Shown: in pieces, positions 55,829 to 64,000 of the stretch
Position numbering within the stretch: the first letter of the stretch is position 1
How the letters are laid out: each line of letters opens with the position of its first letter
Translations under genes and position numbers: made by a program
Notes under the pieces: generated by a model
The model's input: the letters and a program-made list of their open reading frames with translations, nothing else
Database searches by the model: none
Told to the model about the DNA's origin: nothing
Assembly: GCA_900754085.1 (NCBI GenBank)
Contig: CAAEBO010000006.1
Span: 10,393-74,392 of the forward strand
From: Clostridia bacterium
Lineage (GTDB): Bacteria; Bacillota; Clostridia; TANB77; CAG-508
DNA: 64,000 bases
Direction of reading: 5' to 3'

Positions 55829-56671
55829 TTAGTTATGTTCTAAATCAATCTTTTTTATTTCTTTTGGTGTAAATAAACGTACATAGTATGGCTGTATCTC
55901 TGGGAATACATCTTTTACAAGTACAATATCACCATTAATATCTGTAACTTTTAAATTAGGAAATGTTTTAAGCATTTTTTCGTCATTTAAATATTTATCC
56001 ATAAATTCTTTTACTCCTGGTTTATTCTGAATTTCTTCATAATCTAATAAATATTGTTGCCCATTTTGCATTTTTATTAAACCACTATGTTCAATTCTTG
56101 CATAAAACATTCTTAAAGCTGTTCCTGTATATAAACAATCTATCGCCATAAAAATTATAATTAGTATTGTTACTGTTTTTAGAGCTTTCATATTAATTTT
56201 TTCTTTGCACCAGTCTAAAAATTTATCTACTTTTTTATTAATATATGTCATTAAGAATATTGCTAGTGCTCCCCAGAATATAGAAAAATATACGCATATT
56301 CTTCCATTTATATTAAGTGGCATATTAGAATAATCCCACCATTTTACATGTAGCATCATTTCTCCAAATAAACTTACTAAATATTCTACAACAGACCCTA
56401 TTAAAAAACCTCCAAAAAATAATGAAAAATTATTTTTGTTAAAATATTGTAGCATTCCTATCATTATAACTGCGCCTAATCCATATATTGCACAAAACGG
56501 ACCATATAAGAAACTTTGTCTACTTTCTATAACACCTTTTGTAACTAGTCCAAATAATGTTTCTATTATAAATCCTAAAATGCTATAAATAATAAAATAT
56601 GCAAATACTCTCCAAATACTCATTCCTAAAAATGTAAATTTTTTCTTTTCTTTGTTCTTCTTATTCTTCAT
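55829..56671 (-). CDS. PF06541-type membrane protein ('putative ABC-transporter type IV') with C-terminal soluble extension
   Basis: Contains YFIIYSILGFIIETLFG...FLYGPFCAIYGLGAVIM. It is a paralogue of 60093..60653. Confidence 0.7.
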   Translation of the reverse strand: MKNKKNKEKKKFTFLGMSIWRVFAYFIIYSILGFIIETLFGLVTKGVIESRQSFLYGPFCAIYGLGAVIMIGMLQYFNKNNFSLFFGGFLIGSVVEYLVSLFGEMMLHVKWWDYSNMPLNINGRICVYFSIFWGALAIFLMTYINKKVDKFLDWCKEKINMKALKTVTILIIIFMAIDCLYTGTALRMFYARIEHSGLIKMQNGQQYLLDYEEIQNKPGVKEFMDKYLNDEKMLKTFPNLKVTDINGDIVLVKDVFPEIQPYYVRLFTPKEIKKIDLEHN

Positions 56672-56800
56672 TTATTCCTCCATTTAATATAAAATCTATT
56701 TTAATAGCTTTCTTAATAATAATAATAATAAATCACTTAAATTGCAATATATTTATGTTTTTTTGCGAATAAAAAATTAAATACCAGATTTCTTATATGT

Positions 56801-56832
56801 AAAAAAATCCAACTTTAATTTGTTGGATTTTT
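56801..56832 (-). terminator. Rho-independent terminator overlapping the stop of the HAD gene
   Basis: The minus strand reads AAAAATCCAAC-(8 nt)-GTTGGATTTTTTT. Confidence 0.65.
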
Positions 56833-57414
56833 CTTTAATAAATTTATTTTCTCATAAACATCATAAAAACTATATGCTCTAATTATATTCTTTCCTTCAC
56901 ATTCTTTATTATACCTTGCATCAAAACAAATAACAGGTAAAAATTCGGAAAGCTGTTTTATATTATGTGGGCTGTCTTCTATAATTACATCTATATTATT
57001 TTTTCTGCAATGCTCTAGCTTATTTACTGTAGAAAAAATAAGTTCATCATAGTATAATTCGTTTTTTGCAAACCATTTTCTAACCAATTCTTGCATTTTT
57101 TCTTTTGCTTCTACATCTGCAAATTCACTAGCTCTTGCTGTAATTATATATATTTTGTGTCCATCTTCTTTTAATTTATTTAATACTTCTTTTGCAAAAA
57201 TTCTTGGTGCCTCTTCTGTTGCATATTTAAAATTGTATTTTTCCCTAAATTCTAAATCTGTTTTTTTATCCCAAGAAAAAATTTCTATGCTTTCATATCC
57301 TTTTGGATTAATTATTCTGCCTTTTCCTATTTCGGAAGCAAATTTCGTACCATAATTCATACAAAATTCGTTAAAATTAGTTAATACTCCATCTAAGTCG
57401 ATTCCTATATTCAT
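56815..57414 (-). CDS. HAD-superfamily 5'(3')-deoxyribonucleotidase-like hydrolase
   Basis: N-terminal IGIDLDGVL (DxDxV/T motif). 199 aa. Confidence 0.65.
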   Translation of the reverse strand: MNIGIDLDGVLTNFNEFCMNYGTKFASEIGKGRIINPKGYESIEIFSWDKKTDLEFREKYNFKYATEEAPRIFAKEVLNKLKEDGHKIYIITARASEFADVEAKEKMQELVRKWFAKNELYYDELIFSTVNKLEHCRKNNIDVIIEDSPHNIKQLSEFLPVICFDARYNKECEGKNIIRAYSFYDVYEKINLLKKNPTN

Positions 57415-57464
57415 GTTGTCCCCCCTTAGTAAATTAAGCCGAACTCTTTTATTGTTACCATATT

Positions 57465-59105
57465 CTAGCCTATTTTATTAAATAATTCATTTTGATTTTT
57501 ATAAATATATTTATTTACAAAATAAGTAATAATAATATGTAGTACTATTAAAATTATTGCTGTTAATAAATAATTTGTAAAACTCAATAATATTGATATT
57601 ATAAATATTATGCCAATTTCTAATAAATTTAATACCACTGGCCAAAATAAATTTAAATTTTGTTTTACAACAGCATATTCTGTTGTCCATTCTAATTTAG
57701 GTTTCCTTAAGTCTACTAATTCCATTAATAATGTTTGTAATATTAGCAAAATTAAATTTATGACAAAAATTGTTGCTAAAAATAGTATTGAAGGCTTCGC
57801 CAGTATATATATAAATGCCATAACCATTATTGATGTTATTGTTCCAAAGAATATATTTGGTATTCCTTTGTAAATTAATTGTTTATAATATGAAATAGGA
57901 ATATATTTCATGAATATTGCATTTTGACCATCTCTTGAAATTGCAGTTGGTGCAATATATAACATACTTGTTAAAAATTCTGTAACTGAAATTATTACAG
58001 CCAAGCCAATTGGGGTTTCTATATAATTTCCTAAAACACTTTTAAATTCATTTAATGTTTCTTGTGAATTATTACTATTTAAAGATACAATAAATATTCC
58101 TAAAAATATTACTGGCATTAAAACAGATGGTAGTACACATTGAATAAAAAATATTGGATTTTTTAGTAATGTTTTAAACTCTTTTAAAACATATGACTTT
58201 CTAACTGTATTTGCTTTTATATCTTTTAGTTTTATTTTTTTACCTTTTTTAGTTCCTGAAGATAAATTTCCTACTACACCTCTAAAATAAATTTTATTTC
58301 CTAGTAATATGAATAGTATATATAATATTGCTGTAATTATTAGTAATTTTAAAAATTCTATAAAACTAGAATTTACTATTGCATTAATTGCTGGTTTTAT
58401 AATAGGTAAATTATCACTAACCATTTCTACCATACTATTTGCTTGTTTTAAAGCATTTAATAAGTCATCTTCACTGTAATTTGATGTACCAGATAAAGAA
58501 AAAGACATTATAACAGCTAATATAATTCCTATTAATGGTGCTATTAATCTAAATCTATCTTTATTCTTAGCACCTTTAGAAAAACTCATTATAATCATTA
58601 TTATAAATGTAGCTATAAGTATTGGTATTATTGGAAATACCAATAGCACTAATAAAGAAATAATATAAAATAATACTCCTTGCCCTGTTATTATTCCATA
58701 AAGAGTTATTGGCGTTATTGCAAATATTATTTCCATTATATATTCTGTTATTAATATTACATTTAATTTTGATATTAATATTTCTTTAGGCTTTAATGGC
58801 AATGGCAAAATATATTCTATATCTTTCGAAAAATAGAATATATTTGTAGCAGATATAATTGATTGTATTATTGTAAGTAATGCTAAACCTAAGAAAAATA
58901 TTCCAATAAACATTGTTTCTTGGTTAACTTGTTTTAAAGTAGTTATTAAGCCATAAGAGAGAAAAGCAAATATTCCCATTAAATATGCACCTAAAATAAT
59001 ATATAATATTACTTTTCCAACTATGCTTTTATTTTTATTATTTTCGTTATATTTTTGAAAGGAATTTTTAATAAGAACTTTTGTAAGTGATACAATTTTA
59101 TTCAT
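57465..59105 (-). CDS. Polytopic membrane protein, putative ABC exporter permease
   Basis: 546 aa with at least 10 hydrophobic helices. It overlaps the upstream ABC ATPase gene. Confidence 0.65.
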   Translation of the reverse strand: MNKIVSLTKVLIKNSFQKYNENNKNKSIVGKVILYIILGAYLMGIFAFLSYGLITTLKQVNQETMFIGIFFLGLALLTIIQSIISATNIFYFSKDIEYILPLPLKPKEILISKLNVILITEYIMEIIFAITPITLYGIITGQGVLFYIISLLVLLVFPIIPILIATFIIMIIMSFSKGAKNKDRFRLIAPLIGIILAVIMSFSLSGTSNYSEDDLLNALKQANSMVEMVSDNLPIIKPAINAIVNSSFIEFLKLLIITAILYILFILLGNKIYFRGVVGNLSSGTKKGKKIKLKDIKANTVRKSYVLKEFKTLLKNPIFFIQCVLPSVLMPVIFLGIFIVSLNSNNSQETLNEFKSVLGNYIETPIGLAVIISVTEFLTSMLYIAPTAISRDGQNAIFMKYIPISYYKQLIYKGIPNIFFGTITSIMVMAFIYILAKPSILFLATIFVINLILLILQTLLMELVDLRKPKLEWTTEYAVVKQNLNLFWPVVLNLLEIGIIFIISILLSFTNYLLTAIILIVLHIIITYFVNKYIYKNQNELFNKIG

Positions 59106-59823
59106 CTTGAGTTATCTCCAAGAATAATTCTTCTAATGTTCCATTATCTTTTAATTTTGACTTCATTTCTTCAAAAGTTCCTACAAAAATCAATTTCCCT
59201 TTATTTATAATTCCTACTCTATCACATAACTTTTCTGCAACTTCTAAAACATGTGTAGAAAAAAATACACAATTTCCCTTTTTAGCATGTTCTCTCATCA
59301 TTTCTTTTAAATCAAATGATGCTTTTGGATCTAATCCTGTCATTGGTTCGTCTAATATCCAATTCTTTGGATTACTTAAAAGTGCTCCACATATTATTAT
59401 CTTTTGACGCATACCATGTGAATATCCTTGCATTTCTTCATTCAAATTATCATATATTTCAAATTTTTTAGTTAGTTCTTCTATTCTTTTCGTTCTTATA
59501 TCTTTTGGAACTTCGTATATGTCACCCATAAAATTCAAATATTCTATTCCTTTAAGTTTTAAAAATATATCTGGCGTATCTGGTACAAATCCTATATTCT
59601 TTTTAGCTAAGACACCTTCATTTTTTATGTCTTTATTATCAATTAATATTTTTCCATTGTCTGCATTCAAAATTCCTGTAATCATTTTTATTGTTGTAGT
59701 CTTACCTGCTCCGTTTGGACCTAAAAATCCAAATATTTCTCCATCTTTTATTTCTAAGTTTAAAGAGTCTACAGATTTTACGCTTTTAACATATGACTTA
59801 GAAACATCCTCTAGTTTAATCAT
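59098..59823 (-). CDS. ABC transporter ATP-binding protein (ABC-2 type)
   Basis: Contains GPNGAGKTT, YSHGMRQK and ILDEPMTGLD. Confidence 0.9.
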   Translation of the reverse strand: MIKLEDVSKSYVKSVKSVDSLNLEIKDGEIFGFLGPNGAGKTTTIKMITGILNADNGKILIDNKDIKNEGVLAKKNIGFVPDTPDIFLKLKGIEYLNFMGDIYEVPKDIRTKRIEELTKKFEIYDNLNEEMQGYSHGMRQKIIICGALLSNPKNWILDEPMTGLDPKASFDLKEMMREHAKKGNCVFFSTHVLEVAEKLCDRVGIINKGKLIFVGTFEEMKSKLKDNGTLEELFLEITQDE

Positions 59824-59916
59824 TTCTTACCCCCTCTTTTATTTTTTACAATTTTACTTTTTTATACCATAACTTTCAATACTTTTGTAATAATTTATTA
59901 AACTTTTCTTAATACC

Positions 59917-59945
59917 TTTACAGTTCAAGCATTTTGCTATATACT
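59917..59945 (+). promoter_or_regulatory. Sigma-A type promoter with overlapping palindrome
   Basis: TTTACA, a 17-nt spacer, then TATACT. The palindrome TTGCTATA-TAC-TATAGCAA (59935..59953) covers the -10 element. Confidence 0.5.
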
Positions 59946-60060
59946 ATAGCAAGACAAATTATTAGGGGGTCTTTTACAAATGAAAAATAACTATAATTAA
60001 TTTATAAATAATGCTTGTATTAGATAATACTAATATTTTAATAATTAATAATAAATTTTC

Positions 60061-60092
60061 ACCTCCTGTACTTTGTTATAGGAGGTTTTTTT
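60061..60092 (+). promoter_or_regulatory. SD-sequestering hairpin / intrinsic terminator abutting the start codon
   Basis: ACCTCCTGTA-CTTTGT-TATAGGAGGT followed by TTTTTT then ATG. The 3' arm is the GGAGG ribosome-binding site of the 60093 gene. Confidence 0.65.
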
Positions 60093-60653
60093 ATGGAAGC
60101 ATCAAAAGCTTTAGTTGAAAAAAAGAAATTATCAAATATTCAATATATTATACTCTATTTCTTTATATATGCCTTTCTTGGTTGGGTAATGGAAACCATA
60201 TATTCTTTAATGGTTCTTGGTCACTTCACTAAACGTGGATTTCTATTCGGACCAATTTGCCCTATATATGGTTTTGGAGCAATTTTAATGATTCTATTTA
60301 TTAGTAAATATAAAAAGAATTCCGTAAAACTATTTATTGCATCTGCATTTATTTTTTCTGCATTCGAGTATGTTGTAGGTTTTGCATTAGATGCAATCTT
60401 TGCTGCTAAATGGTGGGATTATACTTATGACTTTTTTAATTTAAATGGTAGAATTAGTATTTTATATACAATTGCATGGGGATTTGCAGGTTTAATATTT
60501 ATTAACCATTTACATCCATTCTTCTCTGCAAAAATAGAAAAACTTATAAAACATGTTTCACCATATATTTTAAAAATATTTATATATTTATTACCAACTA
60601 TTTTAGTGGTAGATACAATTTTTTCTAGCTTAAAATATTTAGGCAAATTATAA
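60093..60653 (+). CDS. PF06541-type membrane protein ('putative ABC-transporter type IV')
   Basis: Contains YFFIYAFLGWVMETIYS...FLFGPICPIYGFGAILM. 186 aa. Confidence 0.7.
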   Translation: MEASKALVEKKKLSNIQYIILYFFIYAFLGWVMETIYSLMVLGHFTKRGFLFGPICPIYGFGAILMILFISKYKKNSVKLFIASAFIFSAFEYVVGFALDAIFAAKWWDYTYDFFNLNGRISILYTIAWGFAGLIFINHLHPFFSAKIEKLIKHVSPYILKIFIYLLPTILVVDTIFSSLKYLGKL

Positions 60654-60666
60654 TGTCGAATTTTGT

Positions 60667-60699
60667 GAGTATAGGTCGTACGATTTATACTCCTTTTTC
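60667..60699 (+). terminator. Rho-independent terminator after the PF06541 gene
   Basis: GAGTATA-(12 nt)-TATACTC followed by CTTTTTCTT. Confidence 0.6.
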
Positions 60700-60748
60700 T
60701 TGTTATTTTCACTAAAAAATGATATAATATACTGCGCGCGTAAATATA

Positions 60749-61588
60749 ATGATTATAGAGGTGAATTTATTGTCTCAAAAAACAGATAAAATAAAAAAAA
60801 TTGAAAGTGCAAAATTAGTACCAGCTACCAACCCAAAACTTGGTCTTATTAACTTTATCCTAACTCCAGAACAACGTAAAGTTTTAGAATCAAAAAATTA
60901 TTTAGTACGATTATATGATACATATAAAATTAATTATTTACATTCTTACATAAAACATTTAGAAAAAGAAGATGAACTTTTGCAAGAACGTTTTCCAAAT
61001 GTAGATTTTTATAGAATGGCTAGAGTAAAATCTAAAAATAATTATATAGAAAAATTACGTAAAAAAGGAGAAGCTTTAGATATTTTTGCAGATAAAATAA
61101 TTATCGTATCTGTAGATGGAAAAACTGATGAAAGCTCATTAGTACAAACTGCATATGCTATGCAAAACTTTTTAACAAGTTATAGTCCAAATATAGAAGA
61201 ACTAACTAGAAAAAGAAAAGACTATATATCTGCACCAAAGGAAAATGGTTATGCTTCTTTACATATGACTCGTGCTATTTACATGGAAGATGAAGATATT
61301 GCATTTAATCATGAAACACAGATAAAAACTTTCAGAATGCGAGAAATTGAAAAAAGTGGCTCTGCTGGTCATGCTTCTGTTTATAAATCTAATAGAGACA
61401 GTCTTTTATCTAAAATAAAAAACAAGAACTCAGCAGAATATTTTCTTCCACAATATATGCATTTTGAGTTTGATAAATCTCTTAGAAAAAATAAAATAGT
61501 TTTAGATAGTTTTAATTCTAACTTTAAATATTATTTTGGTATAGATTTTGATGACTTTCTACTTTTACAGTCAATTAATTCAAGATAA
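60749..61588 (+). CDS. RelA/SpoT-domain protein (divergent small alarmone synthetase-like nucleotidyltransferase)
   Basis: Contains ARVKSKNNYIEKLRKK, DIFADKIII, KDYISAPKENGYASLH and ETQIKT...GHASVYK. A TTG at 60770 after a GAGGTGA RBS is an alternative start. Confidence 0.7.
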   Translation: MIIEVNLLSQKTDKIKKIESAKLVPATNPKLGLINFILTPEQRKVLESKNYLVRLYDTYKINYLHSYIKHLEKEDELLQERFPNVDFYRMARVKSKNNYIEKLRKKGEALDIFADKIIIVSVDGKTDESSLVQTAYAMQNFLTSYSPNIEELTRKRKDYISAPKENGYASLHMTRAIYMEDEDIAFNHETQIKTFRMREIEKSGSAGHASVYKSNRDSLLSKIKNKNSAEYFLPQYMHFEFDKSLRKNKIVLDSFNSNFKYYFGIDFDDFLLLQSINSR

Positions 61589-61604
61589 AATTATCTAATA
61601 TTGT

Positions 61605-61642
61605 AAAAGAGGTATTAACTATTATAGTTAATACCTCTTTTA
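61605..61642. terminator. Bidirectional terminator between convergent genes
   Basis: AAGAGGTATTAACT-ATTAT-AGTTAATACCTCTT, a 14-bp stem, flanked by AAAA and TTTT. Confidence 0.7.
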
Positions 61643-61673
61643 CATTCTTCATCCTAGTTTATGAAAATTTATT

Positions 61674-62258
61674 TTAATATCTACTAATAGCTAATCCATC
61701 TCCTACCTCTAATATTTCTGTTTTGCAGTTTTCATCTTCTGTTACTTCTTTAATATATTCACGTAAATTTCTTACTGCGGTTCTTTGTTTATGCTTATTA
61801 TAGTCGCTCATAACATATCCTTTATATAATATATTATCAGCAAAAATAATACCATTCTTATTTAGCATCCTTTTAGCTTGCTCTAGAAAAAATGGATATT
61901 TACCTTTTGCAGCATCTATAAATACTACATCATATTTATCATTTAAAGTTGGCAGAATTTCGACTGCATCACCTTCTAATATATGTATTTTATTTTCTAC
62001 TCCAACTTTTTTTATATTTTCTTTAGCTTCTTCTACTCTTTCATGATCTCTTTCTATTGTATCTATCATCCCGTTTTCAGACAAATATTTAGAAAAACAC
62101 ATAGCAGAATAGCCTACTGCTGTTCCTATCTCTAAAATTTTATTTTGCTTCTTTTCTTTTAATATTTCATCTATTACTTCTAATGTGTCATCCATTATTA
62201 TTGGAATATGCCTTTCTAAAGCAAATTCTTTTATATTCTTTAATTCTTTTTCATTCAT
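61674..62258 (-). CDS. Class I SAM-dependent O-methyltransferase (YrrM/TrmR-like)
   Basis: Contains ILEIGTAVGYSA and VFIDAAKGKY. 194 aa. Confidence 0.85.
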   Translation of the reverse strand: MNEKELKNIKEFALERHIPIIMDDTLEVIDEILKEKKQNKILEIGTAVGYSAMCFSKYLSENGMIDTIERDHERVEEAKENIKKVGVENKIHILEGDAVEILPTLNDKYDVVFIDAAKGKYPFFLEQAKRMLNKNGIIFADNILYKGYVMSDYNKHKQRTAVRNLREYIKEVTEDENCKTEILEVGDGLAISRY

Positions 62259-62288
62259 TTTTACATCTCCAATATTTTTACAGAAATA

Positions 62289-62311
62289 AGGAAGTAGAGT
62301 TTCTACTTCCT
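62289..62311 (-). terminator. Hairpin after typA (weak U-tract)
   Basis: The minus strand reads AGGAAGTAGA-AAC-TCTACTTCCT followed by TATTTCTG. Confidence 0.45.
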
Positions 62312-62319
62312 ATTATTAA

Positions 62320-64000
62320 TTAATCTTCTTTTGCTTTTCTTCTTGCTTCTCTTTCTCTAGTTTTTGTGTCTAATGTTTTCTTTCTTAATCTAATACTTTT
62401 TGGTGTAACTTCTACTAATTCATCATCTTGTATAAATTCTATAGATTTTTCTAGTGACATTTGAATTGGTGGAACTAATCTTAAAGCATCATCTGATCCA
62501 GAAGCTCTTGTATTTGTTAAATGCTTTTCTTTACATACGTTTATAGATAAATCTTCTGGTCTAGAGTTAATTCCTACTATCATTCCTTCATATACTTCTA
62601 CACCTGGTCCTATAAATAATTCACCTTTATCTTGTGCATTATATAGTCCATAAGTTATAGATGTTCCTGCTTCGAATGCTACTATTGTTCCTCTTGTTCT
62701 TGCAACAACAGTTCCTCTATATGGTTCGTAGTCTTCGAATACATGGTTCATAACGCCATTACCTTTAGTATCTGTCATAAATTCTGTTCTGTAACCAATT
62801 AATCCTCTTGAAGGTATCTTGAACTCAACTTTAGTATGTCCAGCTTCTGCAGGTTCCATATTTATCATTTCTGCTTTTCTTCTTCCTAATTTTTCTATAA
62901 CGCTACCAATACAGTCATCTGGTACATTTACAACAAGTCTTTCTATAGGTTCACATTTTACGCCATTAATTTCTTTTATAATAACTTTTGGTCTAGATAC
63001 TAAAAATTCGTATCCTTCTCTTCTCATTGTTTCTATTAAAACAGATAAATGTAATTCTCCTCGTCCAGCTACTTCAAAAGAATCTGCTGAGTCTGTTTCT
63101 TTTACACGTAAACTTACATTTCTTTCAAGTTCTTTAAATAGCCTATCTCTTATATGTCTAGATGTAATAAATTTTCCTTCTTTTCCAGCTAAAGGACCAT
63201 CATTTACACTAAATGTCATAGTAACTGTAGGTTCATCTATATCTATAAATTCTATTTTTTCTGGATGTTCTATATCACATATTGTTTCACCAATATTTAT
63301 ATCTGCTATACCAGATAATTCTATAATATCTCCTGCTCCAATTTCTTGAACTTCTACTTTTTGAAGCCCCATATGTGTGTAAATTTTTCCTATTCTTGCA
63401 TTTTGCATTTTACCATCTTTTTTACAAATAGCAACAGGGTCATTTACTTTTAATATACCTCTTTCTAATCTACCTATTGCCATTCTTCCTATGAATTCAT
63501 CATAGTCTATATTAGATACTAGCAATTGTGCAGGTCCGTCTTGGTCACATTGTGGTGCTTGTATTTCTTTTATTATTGTTTCGAAAATACAGTTTATATT
63601 ATCACTGCTATCTTCTAAATTCATTTTTGCAATTCCATTTTTTGCAGATGCGTAAATTACTGGGAATTCTAATTGTTCATCTGTTGCATCTAATTCTATA
63701 AATAATTCTAATACTTGGTCTAATACTTTTGAAGGATTTGCTCCTGGTCTGTCTATTTTATTTATTACAACTATTGGTTTTAAGTTTAAAGATAATGCTT
63801 TCTTTAAAACTTCTCTTGTTTGAGGCATTGGTCCTTCGAAAGCATCTACTAATAATAAAACACCATCAACAGTTTTTAAAACTCTTTCTACTTCTCCTCC
63901 AAAATCTGCATGACCTGGAGTATCTACAATATTTATTTTAACCCCATTATACATAACCGCTGTGTTCTTAGAAAGAATTGTTATTCCTCTTTCTTTTTCT
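62320..64000 (-). CDS. typA: Translational GTPase TypA/BipA (5' end lies beyond the window)
   Basis: Contains NIVDTPGHADFGGEVER, NKIDR and EF-G-like domains. The frame stays open upstream of the Met at 63954 (..ERGITILSKNTAV). Confidence 0.93.
   Translation of the reverse strand, partial: EKERGITILSKNTAVMYNGVKINIVDTPGHADFGGEVERVLKTVDGVLLLVDAFEGPMPQTREVLKKALSLNLKPIVVINKIDRPGANPSKVLDQVLELFIELDATDEQLEFPVIYASAKNGIAKMNLEDSSDNINCIFETIIKEIQAPQCDQDGPAQLLVSNIDYDEFIGRMAIGRLERGILKVNDPVAICKKDGKMQNARIGKIYTHMGLQKVEVQEIGAGDIIELSGIADINIGETICDIEHPEKIEFIDIDEPTVTMTFSVNDGPLAGKEGKFITSRHIRDRLFKELERNVSLRVKETDSADSFEVAGRGELHLSVLIETMRREGYEFLVSRPKVIIKEINGVKCEPIERLVVNVPDDCIGSVIEKLGRRKAEMINMEPAEAGHTKVEFKIPSRGLIGYRTEFMTDTKGNGVMNHVFEDYEPYRGTVVARTRGTIVAFEAGTSITYGLYNAQDKGELFIGPGVEVYEGMIVGINSRPEDLSINVCKEKHLTNTRASGSDDALRLVPPIQMSLEKSIEFIQDDELVEVTPKSIRLRKKTLDTKTREREARRKAKED

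Noticed and set aside
56714-56731. A (TAA)6 microsatellite in the promoter region of the 55829..56671 gene, considered as a phase-variation switch.
   Set aside because: It is short, and this kind of tract is expected by chance at this AT content. There is no evidence that it sets the -35/-10 spacing.
60425-60712. A 95-aa minus-strand ORF starting in the PF06541/SAS intergenic region, considered as a possible antitoxin-like partner of the RelA/SpoT-domain gene.
   Set aside because: It is mostly antisense to the well-supported PF06541 gene. It starts at a GTG inside that gene's terminator hairpin with no SD, and its composition is typical of antisense noise.
538-63349. Dozens of plus-strand ORFs of 60-198 aa in the ORF track lie entirely inside minus-strand genes. 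Examples are 538..888, 8574..9029, 15090..15611, 23155..23664, 28739..29335, 36640..37164 and 62819..63349.
   Set aside because: They are F/L/I/S-rich mirror images of K/E/N-rich genes, as expected in AT-rich DNA where stop codons are depleted on the antisense strand. None has a convincing RBS or a recognisable motif, and each overlaps a well-supported conserved gene.

Overview
This is a 64-kb, very AT-rich chromosomal segment from a low-GC Firmicute, most likely a spore-forming member of the Clostridia. The assignment rests on an SleB-type cortex hydrolase and on the gene orders YicC-RemA, Asp23-AmaP-DUF2273-NusB and RimP-NusA-YlxR-YlxQ-IF2-RbfA-NrnA-TruB. I call about 60 protein genes, all but four on the minus strand (co-oriented core genome), plus a tmRNA, one tRNA-Trp and a Tyr T-box leader. 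Most of the content is housekeeping: efp, fhs, xseAB, nusB, fmt, def, priA, rpoZ, rsmE, tyrS, birA, sodA, truB, the nusA-infB operon, addA and typA (which runs off the 3' edge). The accessory content is a BceRS/BceAB-type peptide-antibiotic module, a TetR-controlled heterodimeric ABC exporter, an Lsa-like ABC-F protein, a pentapeptide-repeat protein and two PF06541-type membrane proteins. I see no transposase, integrase, prophage, CRISPR array or recognisable named defence system. The signals I consider most worth follow-up are listed here.
1. A translationally coupled atypical-MurD plus PP-loop gene pair, a possible MurD2/MurL-like or new cell-wall precursor pathway.
2. A dispersed 29-nt palindromic REP-like element family.
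3. A promoter, uORF and SD-sequestering terminator leader in front of a PF06541 membrane-protein gene.
4. Two small islets with locally elevated G+C that carry orphan genes. One is wedged inside the Bce module. The other holds a P-loop kinase-like gene and a 73-aa basic protein.
5. A divergent monocistronic RelA/SpoT-domain protein.
6. An ABC-F protein whose second nucleotide-binding domain has lost its Walker A segment.
All functional calls come from motif recognition by eye. No database search was run.
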